A stretch of 30,259 nucleotides of DNA from an archaeon (GCA_024276825.1 JAJRWI010000073.1:1-30259); one strand, 5' to 3'. Numbered from the stretch's first letter, positions 9,245 through 19,045 are shown. The notes: generated from the letters alone by a model not told the origin. A program made the numbers and translations.

Positions 9245-9562
9245 ATGTCATTCAAAGAGAAAAGGATGAAGCCGATAAAGCTGATGGATGATGACCTAGT
9301 TGCTATGATAAAGATATTCAAGGCACTCTCAGATCCCTCAAGATTAAGGATAGTGTCTGTGCTAACTGGAAGAGAGCGGTTATCAGTATCCGAGATCTCA
9401 GAGGTAGTTGACCTGTCAATTAGCTCGGTCAGTCATCATTTGGCGATTCTTCAACATCTAGGATTCACTTCATCGGAGAGAGTAGGCAAGCAGGTCTATC
9501 ATTATCTCTCGGATGATTGTATCTATGAGATTCTTAAGGGGACTTTGAAACATGTCAGATGA
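9245..9562 (+). CDS. ArsR/SmtB family metal-sensing repressor
   Basis: FKALSDPSRLRI, SVSEIS, SSVSHHLAIL and GKQVYHYL. Overlaps the ATPase start. Confidence 0.93.
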   Translation: MSFKEKRMKPIKLMDDDLVAMIKIFKALSDPSRLRIVSVLTGRERLSVSEISEVVDLSISSVSHHLAILQHLGFTSSERVGKQVYHYLSDDCIYEILKGTLKHVR

Positions 9563-11459
9563 AGAATATTGTACAGTGTGTGCAGCACACGAGTCACATC
9601 AAAGCAAGATATCATTCAGAACAAAATACATCGTTGCAATTACAGCATTTCTTTCAATTGCGGCTGGGACAATACTCGAGTTATTGGGATTTGATTATTT
9701 TGTCTATCTCACGTTTTACTTAATAACGATATTCAGTGCGGGCAGATGGGTGATTCCAAGAGGCCTTAAAGGCGCAGCAAAGCTGCATCTTGATATTAAT
9801 TTTCTAATGACGGTCGCCGCATTTGGATCAATATTAATTAATGCGCCCTTCGAAGGTGCAATGGTCATCTTTCTCTTTTATATTGCTGAACTCCTTGAAG
9901 AGCATGCCAGTGCTAGAGTAAAGAAAGAGGTTGAGAGTCTATTTGAACTCAAGCCAGAAACCACCACCCTCTTGATTGATGGTAATGAAGTCTGTGCAAA
10001 GGTTGAGGATGTGAAAATAGGAAGCATCATTGTAGTTCGTCCGGGCGAGAGAATCCCCTTGGATGGAATAGTCATTGAGGGATCATCAACTATAGATCAA
10101 TCAACCATTACAGGAGAGTCGTTGCCCATTGAGAAGACCATAGGCGATGAGGTCTTTGCAGGAACAATGAACCAGTTTGGATTCCTAAAGATTGAAGTCA
10201 CAAAGAATCCTGATGACGCAGTCATTTCAAGAGTCATCAGATATGTTGAAGAGGCGCGATCTAAGAAGGCACCAACTGAAAAGATGGTTGCTCGATTCTC
10301 GCATGTCTATACTCCGATTGTAGTTGCTGGCTCAATACTCCTCACAATTCTTGCCATTTTATTTGGCATTTCTATTGATAGGGCAGTTTATCGAGGTCTC
10401 ACACTTCTTGTGATTGCATGCCCATGTGCTTTTGCGATCTCAATACCAGTCACCATGGTGTCCGCCATTACTGGTTTTATGAGAAATGGAGTTCTTGTCA
10501 AAGGCTCTTCATATATCGAGTTTCTAAATGATGCAGGGACTGTTGCCTTTGATAAAACTGGTACTGTCACCGAGGGAAATCTTGTATTCAGGGATATACT
10601 GATTGATGAGTCAGTGCATAGGGAAGAGATCCTATCAGCACTCTATTCAATCGAGCTATTGTCTGAGCATCCAATAGCAGAGGCAATAGTAAAAGCTGCT
10701 GAGGACTGGTCTGTTGAAGAGAAACAAGTGTCCGAGTTTCAATCAATTCCTGGAAAAGGAATAATTGGTGTGATCGATGGAATAGATTACAAGATTGGGA
10801 ATGAAAAGTTGATGAAAGAACAAGGCATCAAAATAAACGAGCATCTTGAGTTTTCCAAGATAAACGGAACTTTACTCTATATAGCTCGCAATGATATTCA
10901 TGTGGCCACAGCCATTCTTGCTGACAAGATTAGAAGCACAAGCAAAGCAGTCATATCTGGACTCAATCAGATTGGTGTGAAGACAGTCATGTTGACTGGC
11001 GATAATGAAGCTATAGCCAAAGAGATTGGAGCTTAACTTGATCTTAGTGAGATCCATTATGAACTGCTGCCAGAAGACAAGGTCAGAATAATTGAGGAGA
11101 TAGGTGTTGAAGAAAAGGGCAAAGTTATCATGGTAGGTGATGGAGTAAATGATGCTCCAGCGCTTGCAGCCTCAGATGTCGGGGTTGCCATGGCTGCTAT
11201 TTCTAGTGATGTGGCCATGGAGACCGCTGATATCGCACTTATGGACTCTGACCTTACAAAGATAATTGACCTCATTGAAGAGTCAAAACATGCCATAAAA
11301 GTGGTCAAGCAGAATGTTGCAGCCGCAATAGGCATTAAGATCCTGCTTGGTATTCTTGCAGTACCAGGTCTTGTTCCTCTGTGGATGGCAGTGGCAATTG
11401 GCGACATGGGGGTCTCATTAGCTGTCATTGCAAATGCACTAAGACTTGCAGTAAGGTGA
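9552..11459 (+). pseudogene. zntA: P1B-type heavy-metal (Zn/Cd/Pb) ATPase interrupted by one in-frame TAA
   Basis: TGES, CPC, DKTGT, SEHP, MLTGDN and GDGVNDAPAL all lie in one frame. TAA at 11034-11036 is followed in frame by LDLSEIHYELLPEDK. N-terminal CTVCAAHESH. Confidence 0.88.
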
Positions 11460-11476
11460 ATAACCAATTTCGAATG

Positions 11477-13057
11477 CTACTTGTAATGGTCTAGAGCTCT
11501 AATAGCAAGAAGCAAGGACATCATGACAATTGCCATTGTAAATACAGGGACCAGAATCAGAATTAGGTCATGCTCTATAGCATACAATAGAATCATAACG
11601 AAAACACCGCCGAGTGCAAGGTTGATAGCAGGAAATGAGAATGCCACAGGCACTGGAGGCGTTTCAGGAGTGTTGGTGAAGACTGGGACATAAGCGCCAA
11701 TCATAACTCCTGTTGCGCAGAACATCAGTATCAGGGGAGCAGATAATGACAAAAGCATGGCGGCACTTGGGATTCTAAGAAAATATGCAAGCATCCCCAG
11801 AATCGGAATTGCAGCAAAAGTGATCTCAACAATACTAAGAAGGTATTTTGCAATCACAATATCCCTTGCTTTAAGTGGGCTGACTTTTAGTAAATAGATG
11901 TTTTCGCGCTCGTCAACAAAGCTAAGAAGGCCAGTAATACTCACGAGTTGAAGCATCATTAGCATAATTAGTAGGAATGCTGGATCCGCTGAATAGGCAA
12001 TTTGAGGGGGGAGCTTAACAACTGCCAACTCTGGGGGAGCAGCCAAATTCAGCCAGACTACAATTGCTGTTCCTATCACAATATACATATATTTCCAAAA
12101 CTGAAGGGGAGACCTCATTCTTGACCAGAAGTCCTTTATTATCAACCACATCATTGGATCTCTGAATCTTGATTCTGAAAAGTCCACTTCTCCGCGAATT
12201 AGTCTGCTGAATCTGTTTTTGGCCCCTTCGGAGTTAATAGCGGTTGTAAAGAGCTCATAGTAATCATAATCATAGAGGTTCACCAGTACTAAAAATGTGA
12301 TTATGAAGAGAAATATAATGCAAAGATATGCATAAGCCATATTGATTCCAATTGTAAGAACACCCATGCTTTCAGTGATTATCAGGACAATTGCGTTTGA
12401 AGGCACTATAAACATAAGGTTGCTTAAAGAAATAGCAGGCAATGCCAATATATACGGTATTGCCATCATTGGAAATAAAACCACATGTCGTAATCGCGAT
12501 TTAATTCGCTTTGATAGCTTAATTTTCACATATGAAACAATTCCGCTTATGAAATAATTAATCTCAAGAAAAAGAACAATCGCAATTGTGACTATAAGCA
12601 ATGTGATTGAAAATGCCGCCATCTCATTAAGAAGGGGGAAGATAATGATCAAAAGGATGACAATGTATCCCATTTTCCTAAAGATTCTCTTAATATACTC
12701 AGCCATGAACAACTGATACGGCTTAACTGGTGAGGGCATAAGGATATATTCATCATGAGCGGACATCACATCCGCAGGACCCAAACCAAAATAGCCCCCC
12801 AGTACTGCCATCACTGTAAGCAAGGATGCGGCCTGAAAGAACATTTCTACATCAAGGTTTTCATTCATAACATATATGAGATCTTCTGCGAGACCGCTAA
12901 AATTCATGAGCGTTGACAGAACAAGCGAGATGAAGAGAGCACCGACAATGGTGATAGTATAGAACATTAACATTGAAGGAGTTGCGATAGTCCGTTTGAA
13001 TTGGTTCCATAGTTTGCGGATTTCAGTCAATACCAAGACTGCAGATCCAACACTCAT
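11477..13057 (-). CDS. ABC exporter permease (large multi-TM)
   Basis: About 12 hydrophobic segments and an ENIYLLKVSPLKARDIVIAKY loop. Immediately downstream of the ABC ATPase. Start MSVGS (13057). Confidence 0.8.
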   Translation of the reverse strand: MSVGSAVLVLTEIRKLWNQFKRTIATPSMLMFYTITIVGALFISLVLSTLMNFSGLAEDLIYVMNENLDVEMFFQAASLLTVMAVLGGYFGLGPADVMSAHDEYILMPSPVKPYQLFMAEYIKRIFRKMGYIVILLIIIFPLLNEMAAFSITLLIVTIAIVLFLEINYFISGIVSYVKIKLSKRIKSRLRHVVLFPMMAIPYILALPAISLSNLMFIVPSNAIVLIITESMGVLTIGINMAYAYLCIIFLFIITFLVLVNLYDYDYYELFTTAINSEGAKNRFSRLIRGEVDFSESRFRDPMMWLIIKDFWSRMRSPLQFWKYMYIVIGTAIVVWLNLAAPPELAVVKLPPQIAYSADPAFLLIMLMMLQLVSITGLLSFVDERENIYLLKVSPLKARDIVIAKYLLSIVEITFAAIPILGMLAYFLRIPSAAMLLSLSAPLILMFCATGVMIGAYVPVFTNTPETPPVPVAFSFPAINLALGGVFVMILLYAIEHDLILILVPVFTMAIVMMSLLLAIRALDHYK

Positions 13058-13061
13058 TTCA

Positions 13062-13985
13062 TCACTGCTCCTCGGGGATGCCACCGGTAAGCTCGAGAAA
13101 TACTTCTTCTAATGATTTTGCCGCTGGACACTTCTCGAGCAGTTCTTCAAGAGAGCCTTCGCCAACCACATTACCCTCATTCATGATGACAAATCGGTCG
13201 CATAAACTCTGAGCGACTTCAAGAATATGCGTTGATATTAGAATTGCTGAGCCCGTATCTCGCAGGTCTCTGATATGCTTCTTCAGACTCCATGCTCCTC
13301 TTGGATCCAGACCATAAATCGGTTCATCAAATGCCAGAATGAATGGAGGTTCTCTGATGAATATTCCAATCAATAATGTCCGCTGAAGATTGCCCTTTGA
13401 GAGATTGCCGATGTACATATCAAGAAATGGGTCCAGTTGAAACAGCTCCACCATTTCTCGAATTCTTACTAGAGCTATTTCTTTTGGAATCCCATAAACA
13501 CGAGCAATAAATGTCAGGTATTCACGCACCTTCAAACTGGGATAGCAAGTGGGTCTTTCAGGGATATAACCAAGTCGATACTTTGCTTTAACTGGTTGAT
13601 ATGCCATATTGTACCCATTGACAATGATTGTGCCCTTGGTGGGTTGTATTATTCCTGTGAGTGCCCTCAGTGTGGTTGTCTTGCCAGCGCCATTTGGTCC
13701 CACAAGCCCTACTATTTCACCAGGGTTTACAACCAGATTGAGACCTTCAACTGCAAGGGTCTTGCCGAATTTTTTGACCAGATCAGAGATCTTGATTGCA
13801 GGTGTATGAAGTTCCTCTTTTTTCTTTGAATATTCCTCAACAATAGGTACAAGCTCTTCCATAATTTTTGAAATGAGTACATTTCGTTCGTATTTTCTTG
13901 ATGTTAAAGGAATTCCAAGAGTCTGCGCAAGGTTGACTAATTCTTTGCCAGTCATCTGCCATACTGCTTCAAGGTTAGGTACCAA
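13062..13985 (-). CDS. ABC transporter ATP-binding protein with N-terminal helical extension
   Basis: Walker A GPNGAGKTT, signature LSKGN, Walker B ILAFDEP and H-loop STH. Confidence 0.92.
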   Translation of the reverse strand: MVPNLEAVWQMTGKELVNLAQTLGIPLTSRKYERNVLISKIMEELVPIVEEYSKKKEELHTPAIKISDLVKKFGKTLAVEGLNLVVNPGEIVGLVGPNGAGKTTTLRALTGIIQPTKGTIIVNGYNMAYQPVKAKYRLGYIPERPTCYPSLKVREYLTFIARVYGIPKEIALVRIREMVELFQLDPFLDMYIGNLSKGNLQRTLLIGIFIREPPFILAFDEPIYGLDPRGAWSLKKHIRDLRDTGSAILISTHILEVAQSLCDRFVIMNEGNVVGEGSLEELLEKCPAAKSLEEVFLELTGGIPEEQ

Positions 13986-14035
13986 ATGATACTCCTCGCT
14001 TCCACAATTGCTTGCATTTTCATTTTCTTATTAGC

Positions 14036-14806
14036 TTAAGAATTTTGAGTATTCTTCAATCGAATAAAATATTCCAAATCATAAGGAATCATATGTTGGT
14101 ACTCCAATTTCCAATTAACAAGCTTGGTAACAATGGGAATGACTCGAACACCAGTTTTTTCTGCATGACGTAAAGCATCGCCAAACCACGGGTCTGTCTG
14201 ATCATTAGGCGAGAACAGATCCGCGTCGGGTCTCTGAATGACAAACACAACCGCTGCATCATCAGCAAGGCCTTCTTCCAAAGCCTTAGCAAGGCTGATC
14301 ATGTGACGCGCGCCGCGAGTGGTCGGAGCATCGGGAAATAAAGCATGTCGATGTTCAACAAGAGTGCATGATTTTACTTCAATCAATGTAATACCGGATG
14401 AACCCTCCAACTTGAAGTCAACACGACCACCATACAAACTTGGTTCTGATATCACTTTGTTGTAACTTGCAAACTGAGGCAGCTCCTTGCCCATTAGCAT
14501 CTCTTTGAGAAACCGATTGGGAAGATTAGAATCAATTGAAACAAGGACCCCTTCATGCTCAACAGCAATCACATCATACGAAGTTTTGCGTTTACTGGGT
14601 TTCCGTGCTTTCCTTATGAACATCTTTTTGCCAGGTACCATCAGTTCATGCATTCTTCCAGGATTTGGACAAAAAGCACTAGTTTTGCGATTGTTAGTTT
14701 CTGCAATAACCAGAAAGCGATTTGGTCTAGAGACAAACTTGCATTCAATTACTCCGGACTCTTCATTCATTGTAGTCAGCTCTTGTCCTGACTCAATATA
14801 ATACAT
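14036..14806 (-). CDS. sfsA: SfsA family DNA/RNA nuclease-like protein
   Basis: FVSRPNRF, PNPGRMHEL, RVDF, IEVKSCTL and FPDAPTTRGARH. Start 14806 or 14770. Confidence 0.93.
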   Translation of the reverse strand: MYYIESGQELTTMNEESGVIECKFVSRPNRFLVIAETNNRKTSAFCPNPGRMHELMVPGKKMFIRKARKPSKRKTSYDVIAVEHEGVLVSIDSNLPNRFLKEMLMGKELPQFASYNKVISEPSLYGGRVDFKLEGSSGITLIEVKSCTLVEHRHALFPDAPTTRGARHMISLAKALEEGLADDAAVVFVIQRPDADLFSPNDQTDPWFGDALRHAEKTGVRVIPIVTKLVNWKLEYQHMIPYDLEYFIRLKNTQNS

Positions 14807-14807
14807 C

Positions 14808-15920
14808 TCATATGAACTCAAAAATCGTTGGTTGAATCTCCAGTTCAACAAAGTTCGAAACCCTCACACCCAACAGTCTTATTGGCAATGAGGGATTCCT
14901 ATGAGTTTCCAGAATGTCTACAGCATTCTGATAGATAGTTTCCCGATTGTGGGTTGCACAATTTATTGTCTTGCTACGTTGAATTGTGGAATAGTCTGCA
15001 TATCGAATTTTTACTGTAATTGTCTTGGCCTGAAGATGATTATTTTGAAGCTTCTTGGCAATCCTATGACACATCTTTGCAATGGAGTGATGTAATAGGT
15101 TGATCTGTTCGGGCCTTATATCTTGCATAAATGTAATGTCTTTGCTTATGGACTTGCGTACTCTTGGACCATTGTCGATAAGTGGTCTCTCATCAATACC
15201 TCTGGCCCTATTCAGTAGCCATTTGGACGCACGTCCCATTATGGGCCAGAGATCAACAATTGTCATTTTCTGTATTTGACCTAAGGTTTCTATTCCCGCA
15301 CGCCTTAATCGGTCAGTGGTCTTTATGCCAACTCCGTTTAATGCAATAACAGGAAGAGGCGCCAAAAAGTTCATTATTTCTTCACGACTCTGCCCGACAA
15401 AAGTGATGCCCATGGGCTTGTTCATTCCAGTAGCAACTTTTGCCACGGTCATATTAGGTGCAATACCAATTGAGCAGGGTAGGGCGGTCTTCTCCTTTAC
15501 AACCTTCTGAATTTTCTTTGCAAGCTTAATAGGACTTTCATAATTCTTAACATGTGTAGTTACTTCAATATATGCCTCATCAATGCTGGCTCTTCTAACC
15601 CTGCCACCATCAGCAAACCCTCTTAAAACCTGCATGAATTCATCTGATGCCTTGACATAGTTTTGAAAGTCAGCGCTAACGAACACGGCCTCAGGGCATA
15701 ACTTGTATGCCTTGGAAATTGGCATCCCAGACCTGATTCCAAAAGCCCTTGCTTCGTATGAAACCGCACTGACAACACCACGACCATGACCTTTCTTTGG
15801 ATCAGGACCCACACAGACAGGTTTGTCAATGAGATGTGGATGGTTTCTGAATTGTTCTACACTGGCAAAAAAAGCATCCATATCAATATGCATGATCCAG
15901 CGAGACAAGGTCAGACCCAT
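14808..15920 (-). CDS. dinB: Y-family DNA polymerase IV (DinB/Dpo4)
   Basis: HIDMDAFFASVEQ, SYEARAFGIRSGMP, SIDEAY and little-finger RLLGVRVS. Start MGLTL (15920). Confidence 0.95.
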   Translation of the reverse strand: MGLTLSRWIMHIDMDAFFASVEQFRNHPHLIDKPVCVGPDPKKGHGRGVVSAVSYEARAFGIRSGMPISKAYKLCPEAVFVSADFQNYVKASDEFMQVLRGFADGGRVRRASIDEAYIEVTTHVKNYESPIKLAKKIQKVVKEKTALPCSIGIAPNMTVAKVATGMNKPMGITFVGQSREEIMNFLAPLPVIALNGVGIKTTDRLRRAGIETLGQIQKMTIVDLWPIMGRASKWLLNRARGIDERPLIDNGPRVRKSISKDITFMQDIRPEQINLLHHSIAKMCHRIAKKLQNNHLQAKTITVKIRYADYSTIQRSKTINCATHNRETIYQNAVDILETHRNPSLPIRLLGVRVSNFVELEIQPTIFEFI

Positions 15921-16144
15921 GATAATGAAAGCAAGGGTTTTGTTATCGTTTATCGTAGACAACAGTGCATTGAATCGCATTCTATTATAGTGGAGAGATG
16001 GACGAAGGTATTCAATTACTGGCCTTGCATTTTATTTATGTCTTCAAATGATATAATGTAAAGAGATGAGGGTTCTGTTATCGAGTCATAAGCAAAGACA
16101 AAGAGAAATAGTAATGATTATACTATTCTGCTTGATAATAGTAT

Positions 16145-16333
16145 TTGGAAGCATTGCAATTCAACCTCGCGCTACCACATTATCGTGCAATGCTGACAAC
16201 CTAATCTTGTTCAAACTTGTCGCGCAATGGTGAACTCGTCTGAACAGGACTCATGCGTTCAGCCCTTCCCCTGCAAGTGTCACCACCCACCAGATAGACT
16301 CTAGTGTTCCCCCTGTGTTGCCCCAGCCTCCAA
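16145..16333 (-). ncRNA. Candidate structured non-coding RNA (~190 nt)
   Basis: GC-enriched intergenic island with a TATA-like TTTAAG (16354-16359) about 25 nt upstream. 5'/3' closing helix plus several nested helices whose G-U pairs work only on the minus strand. No convincing ORF. Confidence 0.55.
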
Positions 16334-16467
16334 TGCTATAGAATTATGAGGGGCTTAAATAGTATCATGGTAAACAATGGTCTAAAACTCGTCCAGTGCC
16401 ATTCCTAGAAGGACAGGACTTTAATGTCCAACTATATTCAATTTACAATGAACGGTATATCTGTCAA

Positions 16468-17415
16468 CTATGTTAGAGTCTTGAAGAATGCATCCAGATC
16501 TATGTTTCCACCGCTCAATATGACTCCAACTTTTTGATTCCGAAATTCCTTACTCTTTTTCAAAAGACCCGCCAGAGAAACTGCCCCAGAGGGCTCAACC
16601 ACAATCTTCATTCTCTCCCAAAGAAGTCGCATTGCAGAAACAATTTCAAAGTCAGAAACTGTAACAATCTCATCCACATTCTTTTGAATGATGCCAAAAG
16701 TAAGATCACTCAACGAAGTGAGTAAGCCATCAGCAATTGATTCAGGATTCACACTGGGCACTATCTCGCCTTTCATAAATGAACGATATGCATCATCGGC
16801 ACCAGCAGGCTCAATACCAATTACCATTGAATCTGGAACAAGTCCCTTGACAGCGGTTGAGCATCCGCTCATAAGACCTCCACCGCCAATTGGAGCGAAC
16901 AGCACATCAATCCTACCGATCTCATTCAGTAGTTCGAGTGCAGTTGTACCAGCCCCTGCAATTACTTTTGGGTTATCATAAGGATGGATGAATGTATAGC
17001 CGTGCTCTTCTATTAGTTGCTTTGTGGTGGTTTCTCTTGCTTGAAGAGTTGGTTTGCAGAAGACAACCTCTGCTCCGTAACTTTGTGTTGCATTAACCTT
17101 AACTCTGGGTGCATTTCGCGGCATCACGATAGTGGTCTTAATGTTGAAAATTAATCCAACCAATGACACAGCCTGAGCATGATTTCCCGAAGAGTGCGTG
17201 ATGATCCCCCTACCACGCTCATCCTCCTCTAGTTGAAGAATGGCATTCAATGCCCCCCTAAACTTGAAAGCCCCACCACGCTGAAAGTTTTCGCATTTGA
17301 AATATACATCGCAACCAGTCAATCGGTTTACTGTTCTGGAGGTCATGATCGGAGTTTTGTTTGTATGAAGAGATATTCTATTATAAGCTTCTTCGATATC
17401 ATCAAATCTGACCAT
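16468..17415 (-). CDS. PLP-dependent serine/threonine dehydratase / serine racemase-like enzyme (no ACT domain)
   Basis: KCENFQRGGAFKFRGA (PLP Lys), SSGNHAQ, PIGGGGL, EPSGA and SGGN. True start MVRFD at 17415. Confidence 0.92.
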   Translation of the reverse strand: MVRFDDIEEAYNRISLHTNKTPIMTSRTVNRLTGCDVYFKCENFQRGGAFKFRGALNAILQLEEDERGRGIITHSSGNHAQAVSLVGLIFNIKTTIVMPRNAPRVKVNATQSYGAEVVFCKPTLQARETTTKQLIEEHGYTFIHPYDNPKVIAGAGTTALELLNEIGRIDVLFAPIGGGGLMSGCSTAVKGLVPDSMVIGIEPAGADDAYRSFMKGEIVPSVNPESIADGLLTSLSDLTFGIIQKNVDEIVTVSDFEIVSAMRLLWERMKIVVEPSGAVSLAGLLKKSKEFRNQKVGVILSGGNIDLDAFFKTLT

Positions 17416-17443
17416 TGCAGTCCCCCGACAAATACAATTATCT

Positions 17444-17986
17444 TCAATGAGCCTTTCCAAACTTCTCCCATGACACGGTCTCATCAAGCGGTAAACGTTT
17501 GCTCTTACGTTCCTCTGCTGGATAGCCCACAGAAATACTGCAAACAACACGGTATTTGGCAGGGATCTCGAGTACTTTTCTAAACTCTTCTTCAAAGGGT
17601 GTGTCGCGTACACCCATCCAGCATGTGCCAAGTCCCAGTGAATATGCGGCCAATAGCATGTTCTGAACCGCATTGTGAGGGTCTGCAAGATAATACTTAG
17701 CGTGTTTTTCTGGGTCACCAAGAACAACAATTACGACTGGTGACTCCACCATGAATCTGCCCCAAGTATGAATCCCAGCAAGTTCCTTTCTTATCTTTTC
17801 ATTTTGAACAACAATGAAATGCCAAGGTTGTTTGTTCGAAGCAGAAGGTGCCCACTGCCCAGCTTCAAGAATGGTCTGAATTTTTTCAGGTTCAACTGGT
17901 TTAGACTTGTATTTTCTAATACTTCTCCTGTGGCGAATTGCATGTAGTACATCCATCGTGATCATTGAAACGATATCATCACTCAA
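17444..17986 (-). CDS. Nitroreductase family protein
   Basis: RRSIRKY, APSASNKQPWHF and QNMLLAAYSLGLGTCW. Start may be a few codons downstream. Confidence 0.93.
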   Translation of the reverse strand: MSDDIVSMITMDVLHAIRHRRSIRKYKSKPVEPEKIQTILEAGQWAPSASNKQPWHFIVVQNEKIRKELAGIHTWGRFMVESPVVIVVLGDPEKHAKYYLADPHNAVQNMLLAAYSLGLGTCWMGVRDTPFEEEFRKVLEIPAKYRVVCSISVGYPAEERKSKRLPLDETVSWEKFGKAH

Positions 17987-18107
17987 ATTAAACCTACGCT
18001 AATGGAATATTTCTCTGATTGAAATATCAGGACCAGTTTAAATTGACTTATAGTGAAATAATTTATTTTGAAATCTTAGAGAATTAGGATTAGGTGCTAT
18101 CCAACAT

Positions 18108-18962
18108 TTGAGAGAATTGCAGATTGTTTTATCCAAATCTACATACATTGCAGGTGAAACCATACAAGGCTATGTGTTATTGAAGTGCGATGATGCTTTT
18201 GAATGCAATCGTATTCCTATCACGCTCATAGGTCAAATAAAGACACGAATCACAAGAAGCAGTGGTAATAGTTCAACGACATACAGAGAAACTGAAGATA
18301 TCATCAATGAAACTCAAATCTTGTTTGAGGGAGGCATGATATTCGAAGGAAATACGCGATATAACTTCTCTTTCAGACTGCCAGAACTACTGCCACCTTC
18401 ATATCGAAGTCGTTATGCTGAGATTAAATATGAATTAAGGACAAAAGCAGAGGTTTCATGGGCATTAGACCCCAAGGCCAAAAAAGTAGTCAATATAGTC
18501 ATGCCTTATTCAAACAATCCAGGGAAAAGGGCATTTGGATATTGTGAAAATAATGGTTCCTATGTACTTGAGGTTGAAGCAGAAGAAACCGCAATCTGCA
18601 TAGGTCAGGAGATTCCTCTAAGAATACGGGTTTCGCGAGATGTCAAAATTCGAGGAGTTCGAATCGAATTGATCCATCATGAACTCACTCGTGCTAGAAG
18701 AGTAAAAGAACACACAAAGCGGATAAAATACAAAGACTTTATTGAAGATGAAAATCTAGTGTTTGACACTTGGTTTGAATATTCGATAAAGACTAGCAGA
18801 TTTATTCCCCCCTCCTTCCAGACAAGACTGGTCACCTCTTATTTAACTATCAAAATCACTCTTGATATTCCATGGAGATTCGATAAATCAGCAGAAATTG
18901 AGATAGTGTGTGGATTTTGCATTGAACCGCAAGAAGAACCAGACTTGTATGGCGATTTTTGA
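18108..18962 (+). CDS. Arrestin-fold protein (Arrestin_N plus Arrestin_C; alpha-arrestin/Spo0M-like)
   Basis: YIAGETIQGYV and YNFSFRLPELLPPSY...IKYEL, with a repeated second domain GQEIPLRIRV...IPPSF...IKITLDIPW. Confidence 0.85.
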   Translation: MRELQIVLSKSTYIAGETIQGYVLLKCDDAFECNRIPITLIGQIKTRITRSSGNSSTTYRETEDIINETQILFEGGMIFEGNTRYNFSFRLPELLPPSYRSRYAEIKYELRTKAEVSWALDPKAKKVVNIVMPYSNNPGKRAFGYCENNGSYVLEVEAEETAICIGQEIPLRIRVSRDVKIRGVRIELIHHELTRARRVKEHTKRIKYKDFIEDENLVFDTWFEYSIKTSRFIPPSFQTRLVTSYLTIKITLDIPWRFDKSAEIEIVCGFCIEPQEEPDLYGDF

Positions 18963-19045
18963 TTGAAAGCGCACATTAATTCTAGGTAATATGACTAAAT
19001 CTAAAAGCATTATGAGATTGTAAAACCATACGGAAGGCAGTTCTA

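Noticed and set aside
11034..11036. Sec/Pyl recoding or alternative genetic code
   Set aside because: The codon is TAA, which is a normal stop elsewhere in the window. No in-frame TGA or TAG was found at a catalytic position in any gene.
11130..11459. Separate 109-aa gene
   Set aside because: It is the in-frame C-terminus of the P-type ATPase, downstream of the TAA.
16060..16333. tRNA-Sec, SRP or RNase P identity for the candidate RNA
   Set aside because: There is no cloverleaf or T-loop and no SRP helix-8 motif. The ACAGAACCC near 16070 lacks the rest of RNase P CR-V and has no matching GAGGAAAGUCC-type CR-I.
17416..17730. 105-aa N-terminal extension of the dehydratase
   Set aside because: It overlaps the nitroreductase gene in another frame, and homology starts at MVRFD.
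18393..18404. PPSY as a WW-binding PPxY motif in the arrestin
   Set aside because: It is the structural LPPS(F/Y) loop of the arrestin fold (repeated as IPPSF in domain 2), not a disordered-tail motif.
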